Origin: a candidate division WWE3 bacterium RIFOXYB1_FULL_43_24
Lineage (GTDB): Bacteria; Patescibacteriota; WWE3; UBA101185; UBA10185
Length of the DNA stretch: 64,000 nt
Reading direction: 5' to 3'
Assembly: GCA_001773135.1 (NCBI GenBank)
Contig: MEVX01000006.1
Location: 26,515-90,514 of the forward strand
Below are positions 18,519 through 29,317 of this stretch, in pieces. Made by a program: the position numbers and the translations under genes. Each line of letters starts with the position of its first letter. Positions within the stretch are counted from its first letter, which is position 1. Under the pieces are notes generated by a model. The model did not search any database. It saw only the letters and a program-made list of their open reading frames with translations, and was not told the DNA's origin.

Positions 18519-20282
18519 TTACTTCGCGACTCTCAACACCTCTTCGAGAGTTGTTATGCCTTCGACAATTCGGAGGTAACCATCCTGGAGAAGAGTAAGC
18601 ATGCCTAACTTAACCGCGGTTTCGTGAATTTTGCTCGATGGAGCATTTTCAAGAATCAAGCGTGAAATATCTTCTGTCATGTAAAGAAGTTCGTAGATAC
18701 CAATTCTTCCTCTGTAACCGGTGTTACTACATTTTGGACAACCTTTACCGTGCCACAGAGTAAGTTTCTCTTTACCGCTAACATTTTTTAAAATTTTAGA
18801 TATCTCTGGATCTCTGGCCAACAGTGTCTTATTTTCCGAAATCTCGTCTACAATTTTTTTCACACTTTCCTGAACTTCTTCGGGCGGTTCGTATTCTTCT
18901 TTACAGTCCACACAAATTTTTCTGACCAATCTTTGTGCAAGTATTGCGTTAACGGTCGAAGCGAGTAAGAAATTTTCGACGCCCATATCCAGTAATCTGG
19001 GGAGGGCACCTGCAGCTGAGTTTGTGTGCAGAGTAGACAAAACCAAGTGGCCTGTTAGAGCAGCGTGAACTGCAAGTTCAGCCGTATCACCGTCGCGTAT
19101 CTCGCCGACCATGATGATGTTGGGGTCTTGTCTTAGGAAAGATCTAAGACCGTCGGCAAAATCCAGACCAGCCTGGGGGTTGACCTGAACCTGATTTACC
19201 CCCGGCACCCGTATTTCTACCGGATCTTCAAGCGTAACAATATTAACGCGGACGGTGTTGAGTTTACTTAAAGCAGACGCCAGGGTAACAGTTTTTCCTG
19301 AACCTGTGGGGCCTGTTACCAAAAGCATTCCGTTCGGTTTCAAAGAAGCTTCTTCAAATCTTTTTAAAGTGGAACCGCGCATACCGAGGTCGCGGAATGA
19401 AAAAACAGTTCCTTCCTCTTTGAGCAACCTGATAACAACTTTTTCACCGTAAATAGTGGGTAGGGTAGAGATTCTCAGGTCGGTTTCACTTTTTCCTACC
19501 TGAACTTTAAAACGTCCGTCCTGAGGAACTCTTTTCTCATCGATCTTCATTGAAGCCAGAATTTTTATTCTCGCAATAACTGAGTCGTGCATTTCTTTCG
19601 GAAGTTTTCTTTTTTCTTCCAAAATACCGTCGACTCTATACCTTAAGCGGGAACCATCTTCACCGGGCTCAATGTGTATATCCGAAGCTCCTATCTTAAC
19701 GGCTGTCTCTAATATCATCGAGACGATTCTTGCAATAGGTGCGTCGCGTAAAGTAGCGTCAGTTATTTCACCACCGCTCTCTTCGATTTTTAAAGTGGTC
19801 TCGGTAATTTCCTGTAAAGCAGCTGTGATTTCCTCGCCTAATTCTTTTCCTTTTTGCTCTTCGAGAACTTTCTCGATTGTTTTTTCGGTGGTTATATAAG
19901 GAACAATTTTGTATCCTGTCTTTCGTTCTATAAAATCAATTGTCTGAAGATCGAGAGGGTCGATCATCGCCAGGGAAAGTTTATTTTCTTTTAATTCAAA
20001 AGGAACAAATCTGTATTTTTTGGCGACGTTTAGAGGAACAAGATCCATTAAACTAGGATCTACCTGCTCAACTGTAAGGGTAATAAAGGGAACATTGTAA
20101 ACCGCACCTAAAGCCTCAGCGAAATCCTCGGCTTTAACATAACCCCGGTCTTTTACAACCTGCTCAACACTTTTGCCGGTGTTTACGTTTTCAAATTTGA
20201 TAGCAGCAAGCTGATCCGAGTTTATCAGCTTTTTTTCGTACAAAACGTCTGCGACTGTTTTAACTGTATCTGTTTTTAACAT
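18519..20282 (-). CDS. pilB: Assembly ATPase PilB/GspE
   Basis: ASDIHIEP, PQDGR, GPTGSGKT, LRQDP, tetra-Cys Zn motif, TTLEEVLR. Confidence 0.95.
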   Translation of the reverse strand: MLKTDTVKTVADVLYEKKLINSDQLAAIKFENVNTGKSVEQVVKDRGYVKAEDFAEALGAVYNVPFITLTVEQVDPSLMDLVPLNVAKKYRFVPFELKENKLSLAMIDPLDLQTIDFIERKTGYKIVPYITTEKTIEKVLEEQKGKELGEEITAALQEITETTLKIEESGGEITDATLRDAPIARIVSMILETAVKIGASDIHIEPGEDGSRLRYRVDGILEEKRKLPKEMHDSVIARIKILASMKIDEKRVPQDGRFKVQVGKSETDLRISTLPTIYGEKVVIRLLKEEGTVFSFRDLGMRGSTLKRFEEASLKPNGMLLVTGPTGSGKTVTLASALSKLNTVRVNIVTLEDPVEIRVPGVNQVQVNPQAGLDFADGLRSFLRQDPNIIMVGEIRDGDTAELAVHAALTGHLVLSTLHTNSAAGALPRLLDMGVENFLLASTVNAILAQRLVRKICVDCKEEYEPPEEVQESVKKIVDEISENKTLLARDPEISKILKNVSGKEKLTLWHGKGCPKCSNTGYRGRIGIYELLYMTEDISRLILENAPSSKIHETAVKLGMLTLLQDGYLRIVEGITTLEEVLRVAK

Positions 20283-20417
20283 AGGGCAGCAAACTTATTT
20301 CTACTTAAATATGTTAACAACTTGCCACAATGTCCGCAATACTTCTTTTAGGCACAACGTAGAAAAGGTCCGATACAAAGTCAGGCACGTTGTCCTCCAT
20401 TAAAGTATAATCTTCCT

Positions 20418-21062
20418 ATGGGAAAAGCGGTACTCATCTACGGGGGAACATTTAAAGATAGGGTAGAGACCTTAAAAAAGCAGGGTGTTTTACAAATGGA
20501 AAACCGGAGTAATCCGGACTTTATGCTAGTGGAGAAGGAAGCAGAGAAAAAGAGTATCGGTGTTGATTATTCACGTAAAGTTAAAAAGTTCTTGCAGGAA
20601 AAACCTTTGAGTGAGGAAAAGAAAACTGTAGTTATACCAAACTCGGAACTCTTAACCCCCGAAGCTCAAAACGCTTTATTAAAAATTCTGGAAGAGCCCC
20701 CTAAGTACGCCGAAATTTTCCTTCTTTCAAAAACCGAGAATTCACTTCTTGAGACGGTAATCTCCAGATGCGTAAGAAAACGCGCCTTCTCTTCAGAAGA
20801 ACTTGAAAAAGAGGCTTCGGGAATACATGAGATATTGAGCATGAGTCCGGGGCAGCGACTGGATAAAGCAAAAGAAATATCCGAAACGGAAAAAGAAGAA
20901 ACCGTGGAAATTATGGAGAAATGGGTACGCGAATTACATCTTACAACACGGGGGGAAACCGTAGCTTTACAAATAAAAAAAATACTACAAACCAAAAAAA
21001 ACCTCGAGGGGACTAATGTGAACCAGCGACTGGCATTAGAAGCCCTTTTGCTTGATATGTAG
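20418..21062 (+). CDS. holB: DNA polymerase III delta' subunit (short form)
   Basis: EAQNALLKILEEPP, LLETVISRC. Confidence 0.85.
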   Translation: MGKAVLIYGGTFKDRVETLKKQGVLQMENRSNPDFMLVEKEAEKKSIGVDYSRKVKKFLQEKPLSEEKKTVVIPNSELLTPEAQNALLKILEEPPKYAEIFLLSKTENSLLETVISRCVRKRAFSSEELEKEASGIHEILSMSPGQRLDKAKEISETEKEETVEIMEKWVRELHLTTRGETVALQIKKILQTKKNLEGTNVNQRLALEALLLDM

Positions 21063-21121
21063 GCAAAAAACGCCTGAAAACTGTTGAATTAACCTTCCTA
21101 CTGATATACAATACTAGGGTT

Positions 21122-23101
21122 ATGGCTAACAACTACGATAATTACAGCTCCGACCAAATACAGGTTCTTGAAGGACTCGATCCCGTCAGAAAAAGACCGG
21201 GGATGTATATTGGTTCCACCGGACAAGAGGGACTGCATCATTTAATAACCGAGGTTGTAAATAACTCAATGGATGAAGCCATCGGAGGTTTCGCTAATCA
21301 TATCAAACTCGTTTTTACCGAATATGGTTCCGCAATAGTTTACGATAACGGACGCGGTATTCCTTATGATATTAAGAAAGGCTACGGCGTAAGTGCGCTG
21401 GAACTTGCCTACACAAAATTACACGCAGGCGGAAAATTCGGCGGAGGGGGGTACAAAGTTTCAAGCGGATTGCACGGCGTAGGAGCTTCCGTTGTTAACG
21501 CACTGTCAAAGTGGTGCAGGGTAGTGGTCAAAAGAGGCTCGGATACAGTTATACAGGAGTATGAAAACGGCGGCCACGTAGTAAGACCGGTAGAGAAAAT
21601 AGATATCTCGAAACCAAAAACAATATCAAAACTTAAATCTGCGCCGTGGGGTATAGATCTTTCAACTTTTGATTATGAAACCGGCACTGTGGTGGAATTT
21701 ATGCCTGACGAAAAGATTTTTGAAACTACTAACTTCGATTTTAAATATTTTTTAAACCAATTAAGAGAATACGCCTACCTTACTGCAGGTATAAAGTTCG
21801 AGCTCGAAGACCACAGAACCGGTCAGCACTATACCTATCATTTCGAGGGTGGGGTAAAGGCGTACTTAACCGCCTTAAATAGAAATAAAACAGTATTAAA
21901 CCCGACCGTCTATCACGTTAAAAAGGACTACGATGACGTAACAGTCGAGGCAGCACTACAATACAACGATTCGTTCACTGAAAACGTGCTGACTTTCGCA
22001 AACCATCTTAAAAATTCCGAAGGCGGGACCCATTTAACCGGCTTTAGAACCGCATTGACCAAATGCGTAAATGACTACGCGAGAAAAGCCGGTTATCTAA
22101 AGGAAAAAGACTCCAATTTGTCCGGAGATGACTTGAGGGAAGGACTTACCGCGATAATCTCAGTATCACTTGATTCCGCCTCACTGCAGTTTGAAGGTCA
22201 GACCAAAGCTAAGTTGGGCAACACAAACGTCAGAGTTGCTGTGGAATCAGTCATTAAAGATTCGCTTGAAACTTTTTTCAATGAAAATCCCAAGGACGCC
22301 CAGACAATAATAGAGAAAAACATCCTTGCACTTAAAGCCCGAATGGCAGCCAAAGCCGCGAGGGATACAGTTATTAGAAAGACGGCTCTCGAGGGCAGCG
22401 GTGTCCTTCCCGGAAAATTAGCCGACTGCTCTAAAAAGGATGCGGAAAAAACTGAGATATTTATCGTCGAGGGAGACTCGGCGGGAGGATCAGCAAAACA
22501 GGGTCGAAACAGGGAGTATCAGGCCATTCTACCTATATTTGGGAAGATTCTGAACACAGAAAGAGCTCGTTTGGATAAAATAGTTGACAGTGACAAGTTT
22601 AAAGCCCTTATTATCGCCATAGGTGCGGGGATAGGGGAGCAGTATAATCCGGCCAAGGTCAGATACGGAAAAATAATACTAATGGCAGATGCCGACGTCG
22701 ACGGAATGCACATTGTGTCCCTTTATTTAACATTCTTTTACAGACACATGCCTGAGCTTATACAGGAAGGACATATTTACGTCGCGGTGCCTCCTTTATA
22801 TAAAGCTGTGTGGGGAAAAGAGAAGAGGTACCTTTTTGACGACAGGGACAGAGAAAAATTCTTAAAAACTCCCGAAGGACAAAAGGCGGTAACACAAAGG
22901 TTTAAAGGTCTGGGAGAGATGAATGCCGACGAACTATGGGAAACTACAATGAACCCCGAAACAAGACGACTTAAACAGATAAATGTCGAGGACGCTTCTA
23001 GAGCCGACGAGGTTTTTACAATGCTTATGGGCGAAGAAGTGGCTCCCAGAAAAAGATTTATTCAAACACACGCTAAACAGGCAAATCTGGATATTACATA
23101 A
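21122..23101 (+). CDS. gyrB: DNA gyrase subunit B
   Basis: VRKRPGMYIG, EVVNNSMDE, GLHGVG, EGDSAGG, DADVDG, RFKGLGEM. Confidence 0.97.
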   Translation: MANNYDNYSSDQIQVLEGLDPVRKRPGMYIGSTGQEGLHHLITEVVNNSMDEAIGGFANHIKLVFTEYGSAIVYDNGRGIPYDIKKGYGVSALELAYTKLHAGGKFGGGGYKVSSGLHGVGASVVNALSKWCRVVVKRGSDTVIQEYENGGHVVRPVEKIDISKPKTISKLKSAPWGIDLSTFDYETGTVVEFMPDEKIFETTNFDFKYFLNQLREYAYLTAGIKFELEDHRTGQHYTYHFEGGVKAYLTALNRNKTVLNPTVYHVKKDYDDVTVEAALQYNDSFTENVLTFANHLKNSEGGTHLTGFRTALTKCVNDYARKAGYLKEKDSNLSGDDLREGLTAIISVSLDSASLQFEGQTKAKLGNTNVRVAVESVIKDSLETFFNENPKDAQTIIEKNILALKARMAAKAARDTVIRKTALEGSGVLPGKLADCSKKDAEKTEIFIVEGDSAGGSAKQGRNREYQAILPIFGKILNTERARLDKIVDSDKFKALIIAIGAGIGEQYNPAKVRYGKIILMADADVDGMHIVSLYLTFFYRHMPELIQEGHIYVAVPPLYKAVWGKEKRYLFDDRDREKFLKTPEGQKAVTQRFKGLGEMNADELWETTMNPETRRLKQINVEDASRADEVFTMLMGEEVAPRKRFIQTHAKQANLDIT

Positions 23102-23158
23102 ACCCCAAAGTTAGTTTATACTTTTTTCAAAATACTATCCCGAAGATTGAAGGAGAGA

Positions 23159-23449
23159 ATGATGAGTGATTTGCAGGCAATTACAACTTGCCGTATAGGC
23201 GCGCCGGTGACGGAGAAAGTAGCTACCGACAACCTTAAACACCTGGTGAAAATTCCTGTAACACTTATTTCAGCGATTCAAACCAAGGAATTTCTTTTTT
23301 ACATCCAGGCATCCAAAACGGACAACACGTGGGAACTTCACCGCCCGACTTTGGAAAAGATTAGGGTACAAATAATGGACGAGGGTTTCGAACCGGAAGA
23401 TTTTAATTTTGAGCTCTTCAAGTGCCGAGTGAAAAACTTCCTTAATTGA
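23159..23449 (+). CDS. Small hypothetical protein (start 23159 after SD AAGGAGAG)
   Basis: ORF with SD and a downstream terminator; no recognised motif. Confidence 0.6.
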   Translation: MMSDLQAITTCRIGAPVTEKVATDNLKHLVKIPVTLISAIQTKEFLFYIQASKTDNTWELHRPTLEKIRVQIMDEGFEPEDFNFELFKCRVKNFLN

Positions 23450-23477
23450 AACTACATCTGCCGCTTCCTCCCGGCTC

Positions 23478-23514
23478 GGGCCCAAAAAATAAAATTTTTG
23501 GGCCCTCTTCTTTT
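23478..23514 (+). terminator. Intrinsic terminator
   Basis: GGGCCCAAAAA/TTTTTGGGCCC stem followed by TCTTCTTTT. Confidence 0.7.
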
Positions 23515-23599
23515 CCAAGCCACTAAATTTCATCCGGCTTAAGTGCCGGAAACCTTACGGTGTACACACCGGGAACCGCATAATACAAGCAAAATAAGG

Positions 23600-23629
23600 T
23601 TGACAAACAAACTTGTAGGCGGTTAAAAT
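23600..23629 (+). promoter_or_regulatory. Sigma70 promoter for hppA (leaderless geometry)
   Basis: TTGACA-N18-TAAAAT, 7 nt before the ATG. Confidence 0.65.
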
Positions 23630-23636
23630 TCTCCTC

Positions 23637-25862
23637 ATGATTGGATTAAAAGATTTCTCAACGTTTGAAGTTGCAAGTTTGTTCGGTGTTTTGGGTATAG
23701 CTCTTCTAGGGCTTTACTACGCATTCTATCTGAGGCGTCAAATTTTAAGCATAGCCTTGCCGGGAGGCAAAATGCAAGAAGTATGGAGCGGCATTAAAGA
23801 GGGGGCCGAAGCATACTTAGCATCACAATGGAAGATCATCCGTAATATGATCGGCGTACTTGTAGTTGTGCTGTTTCTCAGCGTATGGGTCGTGCAACCT
23901 TCTGCCGAAGCTACAGAATTATTCGGTGCAAACGCAAAAATTATCATCGCGGTAGGACGCGCGGTGGCGTTTTTAGCCGGAGCAATGTTCTCAGCAATGG
24001 TCGGCCGTCTGGGGATGAGAATGGCAATAGATGCGTCCATTAGAGTCGCCACTCTCGCGTCTAAAGAAAAGGCGCCGGAAGCTCTAAAAACCGCTTACCG
24101 TGCAGGTACCGTTACGGGAATGCTTACTGACGGACTTGGGTTGCTGGGCGGAACTTTAATTTTCATACTCTTCGGAAAAGCAGCTCCCGACGCATTATTG
24201 GGATTCGGCTTCGGAGGTACTTTGCTTGCTCTATTAATGAGAGTCGGTGGTGGTATTTACACCAAAGCTGCAGATGTGGGTGCTGACCTTGTAGGAAAAG
24301 TCGAGGCAGGTATACCTGAGGACGACCCAAGAAATCCTGCAGTTGTCGCTGACTTGGTCGGAGATAACGTCGGAGACTGCGCAGGAATGGCAGCAGACAT
24401 TTTCGAAAGCTACGAAGTTACTATAGTGTCATCATTAATTCTTGGATTGGCCTTATCATCTATAACAGGATCCGTAAAATGGATAGTTTTTCCTTTAATA
24501 GTTAGAGGAATCGGGGTATTGAGTTCTATAGTAGGAACCGCATTTGTTAAGAGCAGAAACAACGAAAACCCGTTACATACTATTAATAGAGGCTTCTATA
24601 CGTCGGCTGCAATGTCCGTTGTCTTATTCGCTGTTCTTGCGCAGTTCTATATGCATGAGTGGAGAGCGTTCGGTTCAGTCGTTATCGGCGTTATTTTAGC
24701 TATCGTCATCGATCACATAACGGGTTACTTTACTGACGGTGCCTATGCGCCTGTTAAAAAGATTGCTGAACAAACTAAAAGTGGAGCAGCCACAACAATA
24801 CTTTCCGGTCTTTCAACGGGTATGGAGTCCAGCGTTTGGTCAGCCCTCGTCATTGCATTAACAATAGTCGGGGCGATTGCAATTTATTCGGGATTCCCCG
24901 CCGTATACGTTTTGTACGGGGTATCGCTAACCGGTATCGGCATGTTAACTCTTACCGGCAACAATGTTGCTATGGACTCGTTTGGCCCTATATCTGACAA
25001 CGCGGGGGGTATCGGGGAAATGGCAAACATTGATTATAAGGGGCAGGCTATTTTGGCCCGTCTTGACGCAGCAGGAAACACCACAAAAGCTATTACTAAA
25101 GGTGTGGCTATAGGAAGTGCGGTTATCGCAGCAGTTTCATTATTCGGTTCTTTTATAACTGACGTTGAAAAAGTAAGACCCGGAACTTTGTCCGGCGGTA
25201 TTAGAGTATCCGAACCTCTGGTCTTCGTAGGACTTTTGATCGGCGGTGCTTTACCATTACTATTCAGCTCCCGTCTAATCGACGCTGTTTCGCGTGCAGC
25301 CTCAACAATTATTGCTGACGTGAGAAGACAGTTTAGAATTCCCGGCATATTAGAGGGCACTGTAAAACCTGATTACGCTACAACCGTAGCCATCTGTACA
25401 AAATCGGCTCAAAAGGAATTACTTCCCATAGCTCTTTTGGCTGTTTTAAGTTCGGTGCTGGTAGGACTTTTATTCGGGGTCGAACCTCTCGGAGGTTTCC
25501 TCGCCGGTTTGATTTTGTCAGGACAACTGCTCGCAGTATTCATGTCCAACGCGGGTGGTGCCTGGGATAATGCTAAAAAATATGTTGAAGAAGGTAATTT
25601 CGGAGGTAAAGGTTCTGAAGCTCACAAGGCCAGCGTCGTGGGAGACACTGTAGGAGATCCGTTGAAGGACACCGCAGGTCCTGCTCTCAATCCTTTGCTC
25701 AAAGTCATTAACCTGATTTCGGTTATCATAGCTCCTCTTTTGGTCATGAGTATTAACCCGTTTGTTAAATACGGGTTTGCTGCTGTTATATTGGCAACGC
25801 TCGCCTGGTTGCTTTTCTTTCAGAAAAGTGACTCTAAAAAGGCAGCTTTTGCTCAGGAGTAA
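23637..25862 (+). CDS. hppA: Membrane-bound ion-translocating pyrophosphatase, K+-independent type
   Basis: GGGIYTKAADVGADLVGKVE, DNVGD, GNTTKA, GDTVGDPLKD. Confidence 0.96.
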   Translation: MIGLKDFSTFEVASLFGVLGIALLGLYYAFYLRRQILSIALPGGKMQEVWSGIKEGAEAYLASQWKIIRNMIGVLVVVLFLSVWVVQPSAEATELFGANAKIIIAVGRAVAFLAGAMFSAMVGRLGMRMAIDASIRVATLASKEKAPEALKTAYRAGTVTGMLTDGLGLLGGTLIFILFGKAAPDALLGFGFGGTLLALLMRVGGGIYTKAADVGADLVGKVEAGIPEDDPRNPAVVADLVGDNVGDCAGMAADIFESYEVTIVSSLILGLALSSITGSVKWIVFPLIVRGIGVLSSIVGTAFVKSRNNENPLHTINRGFYTSAAMSVVLFAVLAQFYMHEWRAFGSVVIGVILAIVIDHITGYFTDGAYAPVKKIAEQTKSGAATTILSGLSTGMESSVWSALVIALTIVGAIAIYSGFPAVYVLYGVSLTGIGMLTLTGNNVAMDSFGPISDNAGGIGEMANIDYKGQAILARLDAAGNTTKAITKGVAIGSAVIAAVSLFGSFITDVEKVRPGTLSGGIRVSEPLVFVGLLIGGALPLLFSSRLIDAVSRAASTIIADVRRQFRIPGILEGTVKPDYATTVAICTKSAQKELLPIALLAVLSSVLVGLLFGVEPLGGFLAGLILSGQLLAVFMSNAGGAWDNAKKYVEEGNFGGKGSEAHKASVVGDTVGDPLKDTAGPALNPLLKVINLISVIIAPLLVMSINPFVKYGFAAVILATLAWLLFFQKSDSKKAAFAQE

Positions 25863-25883
25863 TTAGGTCACAACAGCTTTCGT

Positions 25884-25915
25884 GAAAGACCGCGCCCGGC
25901 GCGGTCTTTCTTTTT
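25884..25915 (+). terminator. Intrinsic terminator after hppA
   Basis: 12-bp stem GAAAGACCGCGC/GCGCGGTCTTTC followed by TTTTT. Confidence 0.85.
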
Positions 25916-26019
25916 CCTCAAACAACCCGGCTCCGGCAAACCATTTGCGGCGTTTTTCCCTTTATAGCACTAAAAAAGGGGTAGAAAGACAACCGAAAAA
26001 GTGTTAATATTATTTAGTT

Positions 26020-28590
26020 ATGGCCAAGAAAACAGACGAAATAACTCAACTAACTCAGGAGGAGCTGGATGAAAGAATAATCAAAACCGAAATTACGGAT
26101 GAGATGCAAAGTTCATATCTGGACTACGCAATGTCGGTTATCGTCTCCAGAGCTTTGCCTGACGTCAGGGACGGCCTCAAACCGGTGCAGAGAAGAATAA
26201 TATACGCAATGCAAGACCAGAACATGACTGCTTCAACCAAATTCCATAAGTGCGCGGCTGTTGTAGGAGAAGTCTTAAAAAAGTACCACCCTCACGGCGA
26301 CACCTCGGTTTACGAAGCTCTTGTAAGAATGGCTCAGGACTTCAACCTGAGATACCCCCTGGTTTCCCCCCAGGGAAACTTCGGAAGTATTGACGGGGAT
26401 CCGCCGGCAGCCATGAGGTATACAGAGTGCAAGCTTCAAAAGATTTCCGAAGAACTGTACTCCGACATAGACAAAGAAACCATAGCATTCGTAATGAATG
26501 ACCTGCAAAACTACGAACCTACCTATTTACCCAGTCTTTTACCCAATTTGTTGCTAAACGGCGCGGCAGGTATTGCCGTAGGTATGGCAACAAACGTGCC
26601 TCCCCATAACCTTACCGAAGTTATTGAGGGCATAGAGCTTTTAATTGAAAAGGCTTTGGAAATAGGCGACAAACCCGAAAAAGGTGCAAAAGAAAAAATC
26701 GCCAAGCTTAATTTCGAGTCATCTGCCAACGTCGAAGATCTCGTAAAGATAATAAAAGGACCTGATTTCCCGACAGGCGGAACGATTTATGATCAAAAAG
26801 AAATAATACAGATGTACGCAACAGGGAAGGGTAGGGTAGTGACCCGCGCGACGATGGGGGTAGAAGAAGGAAAAGGCGACAAATTAAAGCTCGTGGTGAC
26901 CGAAATTCCTTATATGGTCAACAAATCGACCTTAATATCCAAAATCGCCGACCTGGTAAAAGACAAAAGGATAGAGGGAATCTCTGACTTAAGGGACGAA
27001 TCCAATAAACAGGGAATAAGGATTGTCATAGAACTCAAAAAAGAAGCAGTGGTAAAGAAAATACAGAATCAGCTTTATAAATATACTCAACTTCAGAACA
27101 CTTTCAACGCAAATTTCGTTGCTTTACTGGACAACGAACCCAAGCTCATGACCCTCAAAATGATATTAGAGGAGTTTGTGCGACACCGACAGCAAGTAGT
27201 GGTCAATAGAACAATTTTCTTACTCAAGAAAGCTCGTGAAAGAGAACACATTCTGCAAGGTCTGAAAATTGCGCTGGATAATCTCGATGCTGTCATAGCA
27301 CTCATCAGGGCAAGCAAGGATGCCGAGGTTGCAAAGCTGGGATTAATGAAAAAGTTCGGACTTTCAGAAATCCAGGCTCAGGCCATACTGGACATGCAGC
27401 TAAGAAAACTGGCCGCACTGGAAAGACAGAAGATAGAAGACGAATTAAAACAGATAATCGCCACAATAGAAGACTACGAAGACCTGTTAGCCTCACCGGA
27501 AAGAATCATAGACGTAGTCAAAAAAGAGCTTTCCGATCTTAAGCAAAGATACGGAGATAAAAGAAAAACTATCGTGGTTAAAGGAATGGTGGGGGAGCTT
27601 TCTGATGAAGATCTTATAATCGACGAGCCTTGTATCGTTACAATAAGCGAAAGCGGCTATATTAAAAGACTTAAAGAGGACACGTACAAGAAACAGGGTA
27701 GGGGAGGAAAAGGAGTAGTCGGGCAGGGATTGAAAGAAGAAGATAGCGTAGACACAATCAGAACCTGTTCCACACATGACTGGGCTCTGTTCTTTACGAA
27801 CACCGGGCGCGTTTACAAGATGCGCGTGTGGGACATACCCGAATCCTCCAGAACAGCCAAAGGCACACCACTGGTCAACTTTTTAAGCACCACGCAAAGC
27901 GAAAGGATTGAGGCCTTCTTAACCGTAACTACAGCCGACATGTCCGGAGAAAAAGGCTTTGTATTCTTTGTAACGGAAAAAGGTGTCGTTAAGAGAACCG
28001 GTATGCCGGAGTTCTCAAATATCAGATCCTCGGGAATACTGGCCATAAAGCTCGGGGAGGGAGATAATCTCGCCTTTGCCGGAATCACTTATGGTGAAGA
28101 CGACGTCCTTATCACCACAACTATGGGACAATCAATAAGATTTAGTGAAAAAGATGTAAGAGACATGGGCCGGGCAGCGGGAGGTGTTACGGGTATAAAA
28201 CTATCTAAGGGAAACGACAAAGTCGTAGGTTCGGTGATAATTCCAAAGAATGCCAAGAACATAGACCTCCTCGTCGTATCCGATAAAGGATACGGAAAGA
28301 GGACGAAGACGGGCGAGTATAAAACACAGAGTAGGGCAGGATCCGGAATATTAACATACAAAGTAACGGATAAGACCGGCCACCTGGTTAGCGCCAGAGC
28401 AGTAAACACGGGTAACGGGTCGGACGTCCTCCTGGCTACCTCCAGTGGGAAAGTCCTAAGAATAGGGGCTAAAAACGTACCTGTATTGGGCAGAGCAACG
28501 CAGGGCGTCAGATTAATAAAACTTGACTCGGGCGATACCTTAACATCAGCTGCAGTATTGGATGAATCACTTGAAGAAATCACCGAATAA
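26020..28590 (+). CDS. gyrA: DNA gyrase subunit A
   Basis: [25 protein letters not shown] catalytic Tyr, GyrA-box QGRGGKG. Confidence 0.97.
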   Translation: MAKKTDEITQLTQEELDERIIKTEITDEMQSSYLDYAMSVIVSRALPDVRDGLKPVQRRIIYAMQDQNMTASTKFHKCAAVVGEVLKKYHPHGDTSVYEALVRMAQDFNLRYPLVSPQGNFGSIDGDPPAAMRYTECKLQKISEELYSDIDKETIAFVMNDLQNYEPTYLPSLLPNLLLNGAAGIAVGMATNVPPHNLTEVIEGIELLIEKALEIGDKPEKGAKEKIAKLNFESSANVEDLVKIIKGPDFPTGGTIYDQKEIIQMYATGKGRVVTRATMGVEEGKGDKLKLVVTEIPYMVNKSTLISKIADLVKDKRIEGISDLRDESNKQGIRIVIELKKEAVVKKIQNQLYKYTQLQNTFNANFVALLDNEPKLMTLKMILEEFVRHRQQVVVNRTIFLLKKAREREHILQGLKIALDNLDAVIALIRASKDAEVAKLGLMKKFGLSEIQAQAILDMQLRKLAALERQKIEDELKQIIATIEDYEDLLASPERIIDVVKKELSDLKQRYGDKRKTIVVKGMVGELSDEDLIIDEPCIVTISESGYIKRLKEDTYKKQGRGGKGVVGQGLKEEDSVDTIRTCSTHDWALFFTNTGRVYKMRVWDIPESSRTAKGTPLVNFLSTTQSERIEAFLTVTTADMSGEKGFVFFVTEKGVVKRTGMPEFSNIRSSGILAIKLGEGDNLAFAGITYGEDDVLITTTMGQSIRFSEKDVRDMGRAAGGVTGIKLSKGNDKVVGSVIIPKNAKNIDLLVVSDKGYGKRTKTGEYKTQSRAGSGILTYKVTDKTGHLVSARAVNTGNGSDVLLATSSGKVLRIGAKNVPVLGRATQGVRLIKLDSGDTLTSAAVLDESLEEITE

Positions 28591-28604
28591 TTTATCCTGA
28601 ACGT

Positions 28605-29294
28605 GTGAGATTTCCTGAAAACTTTCAAATAGAAAAAGAGTTATTCCTGTCAAAGGGGTATAAATACATAGCAGGCGTCGATGAAGTGGGTAGGGGACCC
28701 CTGGCAGGTCCTTTGGTTGTAGCTGCAGCGATTTTGGATGTAGAGAAAATGCTGGGGATAGAAGATGCCCTCATCAATAGGATTAACGACGTCGAATACA
28801 TATATAAGACAGACTACAAAAATGTAACTGACAGCAAAAAAATTTCACCAAACAAACGTAGCAAAACAAATGAATTTATCGTGCAAGAATGCATTTCTTT
28901 CTCAATTGCCGAAATAGACAACGAAACAATCGACAGGGAAGGAATGTCAATTTGCATCTCCCGGGCTTTTGAAAAGGCGGTTGCCGGCTTGAAAATATCA
29001 CCTGAGTTCGTCATTACAGATGCAGTAAAGATAAACACAATAGAAAAAGACCACCAGCTAAACATAATCGCGGGAGATCTAAAAAGTATTAGTGTCGGGG
29101 CAGCTTCTATAATCGCCAAAGTTTATAGGGATAATTTGATGGTGAAAATGGATAAAAAGTTTCCTCTTTACGGCTTTTCTTCCCACAAGGGATACGGAAC
29201 TCGCAGGCATATCGAAGCGTTAAAATTACACGGTCCGTGCGAAATTCACAGAAAAAGTTTTGAGCCCCTCGCTTCTTTCCTACATACTTGCTGA
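28605..29294 (+). CDS. rnhB: Ribonuclease HII
   Basis: AGVDEVGRGPLAGP, DSKK, AASIIAKVYRD, HKGYGT, HRKSF. Confidence 0.95.
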   Translation: MRFPENFQIEKELFLSKGYKYIAGVDEVGRGPLAGPLVVAAAILDVEKMLGIEDALINRINDVEYIYKTDYKNVTDSKKISPNKRSKTNEFIVQECISFSIAEIDNETIDREGMSICISRAFEKAVAGLKISPEFVITDAVKINTIEKDHQLNIIAGDLKSISVGAASIIAKVYRDNLMVKMDKKFPLYGFSSHKGYGTRRHIEALKLHGPCEIHRKSFEPLASFLHTC

Positions 29295-29317
29295 TCTTTT
29301 TTTCCTGACGTAACATA

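Noticed and set aside
26290-26315. GyrA Thr at the E. coli Ser83 position as quinolone resistance
   Set aside because: Thr is wild type in susceptible taxa such as Pseudomonas and Campylobacter
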